Shown piece after piece: positions 41,294 to 51,500 of a stretch of 64,000 nucleotides of DNA (within the stretch, counting starts at the first letter, position 1; each line of letters begins with the position of its first letter). A program made the translations under genes and the position numbers. The notes beneath the pieces are model-generated. The model was given only the letters and a program-made list of their open reading frames with translations, did not search any database and was not told the origin of the DNA. Source of the DNA: an uncultured delta proteobacterium (GTDB lineage Bacteria > Myxococcota_A > Polyangia > Polyangiales > Polyangiaceae); contig CAWDXG010000003.1 in assembly GCA_963806225.1 (NCBI GenBank), forward strand, positions 160,001-224,000, written 5' to 3'.

Positions 41294-41896
41294 GTGTTCG
41301 GAGTCTCGTTCACCGAGATCGCGGTCATCGCGCTCATCACCCTGATCTTCGTGGGGCCCCAGAAGCTGCCGAGCATGCTCTACACGCTGGGTCGCTGGAT
41401 CAGGAAGCTGCGCGAGCTGACGACCCAGGTGCGCGCGCAGACCGGCATCGACGAGATCCTGCGTCAGGAAGGCTTCGAGGGCGGTCTGGGCGAGCTGCGC
41501 AATATGCTGCGCGGCGACATCCAGGTGGGCCGCGGCGCGCGCCGCCGCCACTACGAGGACCCGTACGAGGAGGCCTACGAGCTCGACCAGAGCCGCGAGT
41601 ATCCGCCAGAAGGCGCCGACGTATCCGGCGCTGTCCCCGACGATCTGGTCGATGACGACGACGGGGACGACGAGCTCGACGACGTCGAGAACGGCCCCGT
41701 CCCCGCCCCCGAGCCGGAGCTCACCTCCCACCCCGCCCGTGAGCCCGATCCGCCCTGGAAGCGCGAGCCCGACGCGGCCGGCGCCGGGGACGCAGCCGCT
41801 CCCGGTGCTCCGGAAGCCGGCGGCGGCAGCACGAGCGAATCCGCCACGGACGCGCCGGAAAGTGCGAGCGCGCCGAAATCAGGGCCCCGCGCATGA
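41294..41896 (+). CDS. tatB: Sec-independent translocase TatB
   Basis: MFGVSFTEIAVIALITLIFVGPQKLPSMLYTLGRWIRKLR; acidic tail; upstream of tatC. Confidence 0.9.
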   Translation: MFGVSFTEIAVIALITLIFVGPQKLPSMLYTLGRWIRKLRELTTQVRAQTGIDEILRQEGFEGGLGELRNMLRGDIQVGRGARRRHYEDPYEEAYELDQSREYPPEGADVSGAVPDDLVDDDDGDDELDDVENGPVPAPEPELTSHPAREPDPPWKREPDAAGAGDAAAPGAPEAGGGSTSESATDAPESASAPKSGPRA

Positions 41897-42678
41897 GCGA
41901 CGATCCGGGCGAGAACACGATGACCTTCTGGGAGCACCTCGAGGAGCTCCGCAGAAGGATCTTCAAGATGATGGCCGCGTTCGCGGTCGGTGCCGCCATC
42001 GGCTGGTTCTTCCGCGAGCGGCTGCTCGCGATCCTGACGGAGCCGTTCGTCCGCGCCTGGAAGAACGGCCACGTCGGCGGCACGGCCTCGCTGCACTTCC
42101 CTGCCCCGGCGGCGCTGTTCCTCGCCTACATCAAGCTGGCGCTCCTGGCCGGCTTCATCATGGCGCTGCCGATCATCCTCTACCAGGTGTGGGCCTTCGT
42201 CTCGCCGGGGCTGTATTCCAAGGAAAAGCGCTACGCGCTGCCGTTCGTGATCGTCTCGTGCAGTCTGTTCGCGCTGGGCGGCTACTTCGGCTGGCGCGTG
42301 GTCTTCCCCATCGGGTTCCAGTACCTGCTCGGCTTCAGCGGCCCGGTCGGCGCACAGGGTTTCCAGGTGCAGCCGACGGTGATGATCGGCGATTACATCC
42401 AGTTCGTCACGCAAATGCTGCTCGCATTCGGCTCCGTGTTCGAGCTGCCGGTGGTGGTGTTCTTCCTGTCGGTGGCGGGGCTCGTCAACCACCGCCATCT
42501 GATCAAGTTCGGTCGCTACTTCATCGTCATCGCGTTCGCACTGTCCGCGGTGCTCACGCCTCCCGACATCACCAGCCAGATCCTGCTCGCGGTGCCGCTG
42601 TGCGTGCTCTATCTGGTCTCGATCGGCATCGCCTACATCTTCGGCAAGAAGCCGGAGAAGAACACCGAGCCGACCTAG
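41893..42678 (+). CDS. tatC: Sec-independent translocase TatC
   Basis: MTFWEHLEELRRR, YQVWAFVSPGLYSKEK, FELPV, LTPPD. Confidence 0.96.
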   Translation: MSDDPGENTMTFWEHLEELRRRIFKMMAAFAVGAAIGWFFRERLLAILTEPFVRAWKNGHVGGTASLHFPAPAALFLAYIKLALLAGFIMALPIILYQVWAFVSPGLYSKEKRYALPFVIVSCSLFALGGYFGWRVVFPIGFQYLLGFSGPVGAQGFQVQPTVMIGDYIQFVTQMLLAFGSVFELPVVVFFLSVAGLVNHRHLIKFGRYFIVIAFALSAVLTPPDITSQILLAVPLCVLYLVSIGIAYIFGKKPEKNTEPT

Positions 42679-42692
42679 CTGTCCGCAGCCGG

Positions 42693-42733
42693 AAGTGTAG
42701 CAACTTGCTACACTTTTGTGACATTTTGCTACA
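42693..42733. terminator. perfect 11-bp inverted repeat between convergent tatC and rlmH (terminator or protein-binding site)
   Basis: AAGTGTAGCAA-C-TTGCTACACTT; extra TTGCTACA at 42726-42733. Confidence 0.5.
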
Positions 42734-42736
42734 GTT

Positions 42737-43166
42737 CTAGCCTTCGCGGGCATACGGCTCGCCGCGCAGGATGGTCATGGCGCGGTAGAGCTGTTCGAAC
42801 AGCACGACGCGCGCGAGGCGATGCGGCAGCGTCATGCTGGAGAGGCTGAGCCGCTCGTCGGCGCGAGCGGAGAGCCGCGGCGGGAATGCCGTCGGCGGCG
42901 CCGATGACGAAGGCGATCACGCCCTTGCCGTCGCTGCCCCAGCGCTCGAGCCGGCGCGCGAAGGCCTCGCTGCCGAGCGCGCGGCCGTCGACCTCCAGCG
43001 CCACCACGCGCGCGCCGGCCGGCAGCGCGCGCTCGAGCGCCGCGGCATCTCGCACCTCGATCTCGTCGCAGCGCACGTAGCGCCCGATGCGCCGAGGTAG
43101 TCATCCGCGACGGAACGCAGCGCGCGCTCCTTGATGCGTCCGACGGCGACGACCGCGAGCTCTCAC
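42737..43166 (-). CDS. rlmH: 23S rRNA pseudouridine-1915 N3-methyltransferase; several frameshifts, probably sequence errors
   Basis: Pieces [55 protein letters not shown]; follows rsfS. Confidence 0.88.
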
Positions 43167-43656
43167 GGCGTACCAGGCCGGCGTCAGGCGCCTGGCTCGG
43201 CTGTCTTCCGGCACCGGCACGCGCCGCGCGTCCATCCACAGCCCGTCGAGATCGTACAGGCCGCGCGATTCCTCCTGGAAGACGTGTACGACGACGTCGA
43301 CGAAGTCGATCAGCACCCAGTGCGCGGCGGGCAGCCCTTCCACCGAGATGGCGTTGACGCCGGCCTTGCCGAGCGCCTCGTCGACGGCGTCGGCGATGGC
43401 AGCGACATGGCGATCGCTCTGCCCGGTCATGAGCACGAGGAAGTCCGCGTAGTCGACCTTGCCGGTCACGTCGACGATCTCCACGCCAGTCGCCTTCTTG
43501 TCGAGCCCGGCCTTGGCGGCGGCGAGCGCGATGCGCTGCGCCTCCTTCGACGGGACTGGGCCTCGCGGCAGCGGCGGTTCTTGGCTCCTGCTTCTGGCGT
43601 TTCGGTTTGTCCGCAGCTTCGCCTGGTCTGTCGCGTCACTGCCAGTGCTTCGGCAT
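43163..43656 (-). CDS. rsfS: ribosome silencing factor; both ends uncertain because of indels
   Basis: LDKKATGVEIVDV..YADFLVLMTGQSDRHVAAIAD..EG...HWVLIDFVDVVVHVFQEESRGLYDLDGLW. Confidence 0.9.
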
Positions 43657-43659
43657 GCG

Positions 43660-44915
43660 TCAGCTCCGGATCTGCCCATCGCCCAGAACAATCCACTTCT
43701 CGGCGGTGAGGCTTTCAAGGCCCATGGGGCCGTAGGCGTGCAGCTTGAGGTCGAGATGCCGATCTCGGCCCCCAGCCCCAGCTGCGCGCCGTCGTTGAAG
43801 CGCTGGATGCATTGACCATGACGCAGCTGGCGTCCACTTCGGCGAGCCAGCGCTGCGCGCGCGGATAGCTCCCGGTGCAGATCACCTCGGTGTGGTTCGA
43901 GCCGTAGCGGGCGACGTGCTCGAGCGCGGCGTCGAGGTCGTCGACGACGCGCACGGCCAGGATCTTCGCCAGGAACTCGCTCGCCCCAGTCGTCGTCGGA
44001 CGCGGCGCGCGCGCTGGGCACGAGCTCGCACGGTGCGCGGGCAGCCGCGGATCTCGACGCCATCGGCCATCAGTGCCTCGCAGACCTCCGGCAGCAGGCG
44101 CGCGGCGTCGGCCTGGTGGACGAGCAGGCACTCGAGCGCGTTGCACACGCCGGGGCGCTGCACCTTGCCGTTGAGCGCGAGGCTCGGTGGCCATCGCCGC
44201 GTCGCAGCCCTGGTCGAGGTACAGGTGACAGACGCCCTTGTAGTGCTTGACGACAGGCACGCGGGCGTTCTCCGCGACGAAGCGGATCAGGCCCTCGCCC
44301 GCCCCGCGGGATCGCCAGGTCGATCGAGCTCGGAGAGGCCGAGCAGCTCGCGGATGCCCTCGCGATCGGTGGCAGGAACGATCTGCACGGCCTCGCGCGG
44401 CAGACCCGCTTCTTCCAGCGCCTCGCCGATCACGGCGCCCAGCACCTGGTTCGTGTCGGCCGCCTCCTTGCCGCCGCGCAGCAGCACTGCGTTGCCGGAC
44501 TTGATGCACAGCGCGGCGGCGTCGACCGTCACGTTCGGGCCGCGACTCGTAGATCATCGCGATCACGCCGAGCGGCAGGCGCTGGCGGCCGACGAGCAGG
44601 CCGCTGTCGAGCCGGCGCATGGGGCCGCGGCTGCCCACCGGATCGGGCAACGTGACGACGTGCTCGACGCCCGGCCGCGGTGGACTCGACCACCTTGGCC
44701 CCATGCCGAGCCGGTCGAGCATCGCGTCGGAGAGGCCGGCGGACCGCCCCCGCTCGAGGTCGCGGGCGTTGGCCTCGCCGATGCGCGGCGACGCTCGTCG
44801 CGCAGCCGCGCGGCGACCGCTGCGCAGCGCCGCTGTCCTTCGTTCCACGCCCGAGGCTCGCGAGGGCTCGAGACGCGCGGCGCGCACGCTCGGCCTGTTC
44901 GCGGACCGTGCTCAA
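43660..44915 (-). CDS. proA: gamma-glutamyl phosphate reductase; many frameshifts
   Basis: Pieces [92 protein letters not shown]. Confidence 0.92.
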
Positions 44916-44936
44916 ACTCTCCAGCCTCCGTACTCG

Positions 44937-45631
44937 TCAGGGCCAACGCCCGAGCGTAGTCCCGGCTCCGGCTGCATTTCCAGGCGGCGCGCTCAGCGGC
45001 GCCGGGTGCTCGCCCAGGCCCTCTGGCCGGGAAGCTGTCGCCTGCCCTGCCTCGGCCGCCTCCAGCGCGGCTGCGTCGGCCAGAGCCGCATCGGGCGCCG
45101 GGCTGGCGGGTGCCGCATCGTCCTCTGCCCGGGGCGCAGCCTCCTCCGGCGTCCTCGTCGCCGGTTTCGTCGAGCCAGGCGCCCTCGTCCCAGCGTCTCG
45201 AACGGATCGACGGGCGCCGCGGCCTCCCAGGCGGGCAGCACCGGCTTCTCGTACTCCGGCGGCGGACCGGTGGGCCGCAGATGGCTGCCGGGCAGCCGGC
45301 ACCAGCAGGAACGCGCCCAGCGGCAACAGCCAGGCCGCTTTCACAGCGCCACCCCGGAGCCCTGCGGCGGCGCGAGCGTCGGCGGCGCCGCCGGGCTGCC
45401 CCGCTCGGGCGCCGGACATCGCCGGGTTCCTGCGAGGGCGGTGACCGCGGGGCGACGCGCTCCGGCGCGCTATCGAGCCCGCGCTGCACTGCGCGCCGAG
45501 CGCGCCGGGCGGAGCTGGCGGCAGCCCGGCGCTCGCGGTGCCGGGCGGCACCGCGATCCGGCGCGGGCCGTGGCAGCCAGCACCGAAGCAGCGCAAGCGA
45601 CGGCCACGACCATGCAGAGCGCCCGCTTCAT
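44937..45631 (-). CDS. hypothetical secreted Ala/Pro-rich protein; frameshifted
   Basis: ATGA overlap; signal peptide MKRALCMVVAVACAASVLAATARA; the remainder is broken across frames. Confidence 0.45.
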
Positions 45632-46667
45632 ATCCAGCGCTCCTCGTCGACGGCGTGCAGCGTCTGCTCGAGGTCGAAGCGCGGCTCGTAGCCGAGCACC
45701 TGCCGCGCGCGCGTGTCGTCGACCATGCACACGTAGCGGATGAAATCGAGCTCCGGCGCGGGAAACGACGTCATGCGCCAGCGCCACAGCCGCTCGATGC
45801 CGAGCTTGGCGACGGTGTGCGGCAACGGCAACGTCGGGCGGTCCAGGATGCGCAGCGCCTGCGACAGCGGCAGCGGCGGCGGACCGCCGACGTTGAAGAT
45901 GCCGCGCACGCCGGGGCGGAGCGCCAGCCGGATGGCGTGCACCAGGTCGTCCTGGTGCACGCACTGGATCATCGGGTCGAAGCCCATCAGCGTCGGCACG
46001 ACCTTGAGCCTGAGGTAGTTGCTCGGGCGCGTTGTGCACCGTGCCGAGGATGTGCGTCGGCCGCAGGATGACCGTCTCGGTGCGCGGATGCTTCCAGAAG
46101 AACGACTGCGTGAGCATGTCGAGGTTGACCAGGTCGCGCATGTCGCTGAACGCGCCCGCGCCGAGCAGCGGTGCGTCCTCGGTGAGGAACTGCGCGTTGT
46201 CCGGGCGCGGCCCGTAGACGTTGGCGCTGGAGACGAGCACCAGCTTCGGCACGTCGTACTGCTGCACGTACTCGAGCAGCCTCTGGAACGCCGACGACGT
46301 TCCAGGTGTGGTGCTCCTCGTGGCTGTCGCGCGGGTTGTGCATCACGCCGAGGTGCACCAGCGCGCCGATGTCGCGGTGCCGGAACAGATCGCGGGCCTT
46401 CTTGCGGCGGATGTCGATGGCGAAGTGCTCGATGTCCTTGGGGCGGTCGGGAAACTGCCGGCGATCGAGCCCGATCACCGGGCGCTCGCGATGCAGCGCG
46501 CGCCCCAGCCGCCGGCCCAGCCGCCCGCAGATGCCCGTGATCACCACCCCGCCGTGCTCGATGCGATCCGCCGTCTGCCCGGGCACGTCCGCGAACGCCG
46601 CGGGCGCTGGCGCCGCTCGTCGCGCTGCCCGCCGCTCGCTCCGCGCTCCCGTCCTTCGCGCGCTCAA
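45628..46667 (-). CDS. NAD-dependent epimerase/dehydratase (SDR) family protein; frameshifted
   Basis: VVITGICGRLG, LVHLGVMH, LVSSANVYG, VILRPTHILG, DPMIQCVHQDDL, GIFNVGG; TTGA overlap. Confidence 0.85.
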
Positions 46668-47593
46668 AAGAAGACGCCCTTCCGTTCCTTGAGGCCGCGA
46701 TTGAGCATGCTCTGGATGGTCTGCTTGACGACCCAGACCTTCTCCTCGATCACCACGTCGTCGTCGTCCGGATCGCCCGAGAATCGCATCGGCTCGCCGA
46801 AGTAGAGCCGGTACTTCGTCGGCAGCGGCATCTGCCCGCCGGGAACGAACAGCTGCGGCATCACGGGGAACACGGGCATGCCGAGCGCGCGCGCCGCCCA
46901 GCGCAGGTTGCCGACGTTGATGTACTGCTCCTCGGCGCCGATCACCGCCACGGGCACGATCGGCGTGTCGGTCTCGATCGCCAGGCGCATGAAGCCCAGA
47001 CCGAACTCCTCGAGCTGGTAGCGGCGTGCGAACGGCTTGGAGATGCCGCGCGTTCCTTCGGGAAAGACGAGCAGCACCTCGCCCATCTCGAGCAGCCGCC
47101 GCGCGTTCTCGGGAACGCCGACGACCTGCCCGACGCGACTGAAGAACGTCGACACGAAGGGCAGCGAGTGCGCCCACTTCTCGACCATCGCGCGGATCAT
47201 CCGCGGCGGCTCGCCGTCGAGGAACATGGCGCTGCCGATGATCAGCGCCGTCGAGCGGCACCTGGCCGGAATGATTCGCGATAAGCAGCACGCGGCCCTC
47301 GGGCACGTTCTCGATGCCGTGCACCTCGGAGCGGAAGTACATGCGGTGGAAGAAGGCGCACACCATGACCGCGTACTTCGCCGTGTCCGGGATCGAGCCC
47401 GAACGGGTCGCCCCCGACCCCCGAGTAGCGCTCCTTGAGGCGGCGCACGCGATCGTCGAAATTCGGGCCCGAGCATCCTGAGAGCGAGCTCGTCGGCCGA
47501 ACGGCGGGCCCCGGCCATCACGCGCTGCGCGAACGGGATCACGTCATTGGCCGCGACGTCGGTCAGTCGGGCCAGGGCGGTACGGCTGTCCAT
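46664..47593 (-). CDS. lysophospholipid/glycerol acyltransferase (PlsC-like); frameshifted
   Basis: YFRSEVHGIENVPEGRVLLIANHSGQVPLDG (NHX5D), LVFPEGTRG, GFMRLAIETDTPIVPVAVIGAEE. Confidence 0.87.
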   Translation of the reverse strand: MDSRTALARLTDVAANDVIPFAQRVMAGARRSADELALRMLGPEFRRSRAPPQGALLGGRGRPVRARSRTRRSTRSWCAPSSTACTSAPRCTASRTCPRAACCLSRIIPARCRSTALIIGSAMFLDGEPPRMIRAMVEKWAHSLPFVSTFFSRVGQVVGVPENARRLLEMGEVLLVFPEGTRGISKPFARRYQLEEFGLGFMRLAIETDTPIVPVAVIGAEEQYINVGNLRWAARALGMPVFPVMPQLFVPGGQMPLPTKYRLYFGEPMRFSGDPDDDDVVIEEKVWVVKQTIQSMLNRGLKERKGVFF

Positions 47594-47685
47594 CGCGCCC
47601 CACTGTAGATGGGACGACTGGCCGACGCCACACGGGTCCGACGCGGCGCTTGACGAGGGCCGGATCCGGCCCCGACGATGCGTGC

Positions 47686-48566
47686 GTGATCGTTCCCGAG
47701 CGGCTCCGGCCAGGTGACCGCGTCCGGCTCGTGGCCCCCTCCGGGCCCGTTCGACCGCACGCTGCTCCTGCGCGGAGCTGGCTGGCTCGGCGAGCGCTAC
47801 CGGGTGCAGGTCGACTGGAGGCTGTTCGAGCGCTCGGGCTATCTCGCGGGCAGCGACGAGCGGCGGCGCGAGGAGCTCGAGCGGGCGCTCGTCCGAGCCG
47901 GGCATCCGCGCCGTGATCGCAGCTCGCGGTGGCTACGGGCTGAGCCGCATCGCGCACCAGGTCGACTGGGCGGCGCTCCGACGTTCGCCGCGCTGGCTGG
48001 TGGGCTTCTCCGACATCACGGTGGCGCACGTTGAAGCAGCGCGAGTCGGGGTGGCGAGTCTGCACGCACACAACCTGGCTCTGCTCGGCCGCGGCGATGC
48101 CCCGATCCGCGCGCGCTGGCTCGCCGCGCTGGAAGAGCCAACGGCGCCGCGGCGCTTCGAGGGTCTCGAGAGCTGGAATGCGGGCCGCGCGCGGGGTCCG
48201 CTTTTCGGCGGCAACCTGGCGATGTTGTTCACGTGTGCCGCGGCGGGGCGGCTCTTCGTGCCCGAGGGCGCAATCCTGGCGCTCGAGGACGTGACCGAGA
48301 GCTCGTACCGCCTCGACCGGATGCTGACGGCGCTGGCGGTCTCGGGCGCCTTCGATCGCGTCGCCGCCGTCGTGGTGGGCGAGCTGACCGACTGCCCCGC
48401 GGGTCCCTGGGGCGTCGCCGCGCGGGACGCTGTGCGGCAAAGCCTGGCCGGGCTGCGCGTACCGGTGATCGCCGGGCTTGCCTTCGGTCACTGCCGCTGG
48501 AACGAGCCGCTGCACTTCGGGCTCGAAGCCGAAGTCGATGCGGGCGCTGGCGTGCTGGAGATCTAA
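47686..48566 (+). CDS. LD-carboxypeptidase (peptidase S66); frameshifted near the 5' end
   Basis: LRPGDRVRLVAPSG, YLAGSDERR, ARGGYG, GFSDIT, GGNL, LEDVTE..YRLDRML, FGH. Confidence 0.9.
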
Positions 48567-51500
48567 TCCTCGAGCAGCTCGTCCTCGTCGACGATGAGCT
48601 CTTCCTCGTCGACCGCGACGGATTCCGCGTCCTCGCCCACGGCAGGACCGGTCACGTCGGTGGTGTCGGTGGTGTCGAACGCCGCCGCGCCGGCAGCTGC
48701 GGCCGTGGCAACCGGCGGAGGCGGCGGCGGTGGCGGCGGATGCGCCGAACGCGACGACGGTGGCGGGGGCGGCGCCGAACGCGGCGGGGGATGTGCCGAG
48801 CGCGACGGCGGTGGCGGCGGTGCCGAACGGGCCGGCGGCGGGGGCGGCGCCGAGCCTGGCGGCGGGCCCGGCTCGGAGCCGGAGCTGTCCATCTCTTCCA
48901 TCTCGGCCGACAGCGTCACCTCGTCCTGAGCGGGGAAGCCCAGATCAGGGCGCTCGGGCTTGTCGTGCGCAATGAGCTCGTCCAACGCCGCGTTCGCCTC
49001 GTCCACCGCGCCGCCCTGGGCCGACGCGTCCGGCGGAATCGTGGGCTGGTCCTCGTCCTCGTCGCCACCGGCCGCATCGACGGCCTCGGCCCCGGGCTCC
49101 GGCGCCGGCGCCGCGTCTTCGGCTGTCGCGAGAACAGCCTCGGCGGGCGGTGGCTCGGGCTTCGGCGGCGGCTCCGGCTCCGGCTCGGGCTCGCTCTTCT
49201 TCTTGAGCATGTTGGCCTTCGCCCGCTCCAGACCCTCCGTCGCTTCAGGGTCGCCGCTCTTCATGCGCAGCACGCGTCGCCAGGCGTCGGCGGCCTCCCG
49301 CGGATCGTCGAGCTTCTCTTCCCAGAGCCGCGCCACCTTGCGCGCCAGCTCGGCGCGCGAGCCCGCATCCTTGCCGCGCAGGATCTGGTCCTCGTACAGC
49401 TGCACCATTCCGCGCCAGTCCTGAAGCTCGGTGTACAGCGCCGACAGCTGCTCCATCACGTCGGTGTCCGAGGGGGACAGATCGTGCAGCCGCTTCAGAT
49501 CGCCAGCTGCACCGACCTTGTCGTCGAGCCGATCCCGGCGCAGGCTAGCCCGACGCGCCAGCAGCTTGCGCACCAGCGGCCCGTCGAAGACTTCTTCCAG
49601 CGCCCGGCCGAGCACCGTCTCGGCACGCCTGGGGTCGCCGACCTCCTCCGCCAGCCCCGTGAGCGCATCGAGACCCTCGTCGTCGACGTGCGTGACCAGC
49701 GAGTCGCCCAGCCACTGGAAGGCCTTGTCGACATCTTCCAGATCCCGGTACGCGAGCATCGCCGCCCGCCTGAGGAACGCGCTACGGGTGCGGCCGCCAT
49801 CGCGGGATCCCGTCCCTCCCGCGGCCAACGCCTCGGCGAGCGTGCGGCGCAGCCTCGCGTCGCCCACCGCATCGTCCGACGCGTGCGCCATCTCCTGCAG
49901 CTTCTCGAGCGTGTCGTCCTGCACGCCGCCGCCCAGCGCGATATCGAAGAAATTGCGGGCGCGGTCCAGCGCGCCGTGCTCGGCCGCCACCTGCGCGGCG
50001 CGCGCCAGCGCGTTCAACCGATCGGGCGGAGCCTTGCAGCGCGTCACCTGCCGTTCGTAGAGATCGATGACCTGGCCCGGATCGGCCGCGAGCTTGCTCA
50101 AGCGCTCGAGCAGCGGATCGACCTCGTCGGGTGACACGCTGGTCAGCGCCTGCTCGCCGTGCTGCATGGCTTCCGGAGGCGCGACGCCCGCGGACAGCAG
50201 CACCTCGGCCTGGCGCACCATCTCCTCGGCCCGCGGCGGGCCGCTCAGATCCTCGACCATCAGGTCGTGCGCCACGCCGAGCGCGTCGAGGTCCTTGAGC
50301 TTGACCGCGACGTCCTCCAGCTGCTTGGCCAGCTCCGCGTCGGCGCCGCGCGTGCGCGCCAGCTCCTTGGCGATGTTCGCAGCGTCGGCCTCGCGCCCCA
50401 CTTCGAGGAAGCGGTCGAACGCACCGCGCAGCGCTTCGTTGCGCGGCGGCCCGACGGGAGATTCCAGGTACCACTCGACCAGCTTGGTCGCGACGATGCC
50501 CTTCCACCCGAGCTTGTCGCCCAGCTCGACGTAGTCCTTGCGGCATTCGTCGTCGCCGGTGTCGGCCACGGACATGAGAGCGGCGAGGGCCTCGTCCCCC
50601 TTGTCGAGCTTCTCGTGCAGGATGCCCGCCAACTTGCGGGTCATCCGGCCGACCTCCGCCTCGTCACCTTCGATGGAGACGAGCGCCGCCGTGTGATCGG
50701 CAACGCGCTCCCAGTCCTCGACGGCCTCGGCCAGATCGCACAGGCGCTGCAGGGCGTCGAAGTCCTCTTCATCCAGCTCGCGCACGATGTCGAGCACGCG
50801 AATCGCCGCGCGCTTGTCGTCGAGCGGACCTTCGTAGAGCTGTGCCAGGCGCTGTGCGATATCGAGCCGGGCCTGGCGCTCCTCGATGACCTTCAGATGG
50901 CGCTCGAGCGCTTCGGCAGTGCCCTTGAGGTTGTTGTTCTTCTCGTGCAGGTCCGCGACAGCGGAGAGCGCCTCTTCGTTCTTCGGATCCAGCTCCTTGA
51001 GCACGAGCTCGTAGCGCTCGATCGCGCCTTCGGCGTCGTCGAGCCCTGCGGCGACCATGCGCGCCTCGCGCAGCACGACCTCGGCCTTCTGCGCGCGGTC
51101 GCTGATCGTCTTCGACAACCGGTGCAGGAAGCCGACGGCGTCGCCGAACTCGGTGCGCTGCTCCGCGTCGTCGGCGAGCAACGACAGCGCCTCGGCGTCG
51201 TCGCCGTCGGCCAGCACCTGCTGCAGGCTCTCGCGCGCGGCGTCGGGGTTGCCCAGCACGTCGCGCTGCAGCTCGGCGGCGCGCTTGCGCAGTGACACGC
51301 GCGCGTCCTTGTCCTTCAGCTTGTCCGCGCGGCGCAGCAGGAACGCTGCCAGGTCCTCCGTGCGGCTTGCGAGGTTGTAGCGCTCTTCCAGCGCCGCGGC
51401 GTACTCGTCGTTCACCGGGTCGAGATCGGTCGCCTGCTCCAACCGGAGCACAGCGCTCGACTCGTCGCCGGCACGTCCGAGGTAGTCGGCTTCTGTCGCG

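Noticed and set aside
43660..44915. Programmed frameshifting or true pseudogene in proA
   Set aside because: Too many scattered indels shared with neighbouring genes and no slippery-site pattern; best explained as sequence error.
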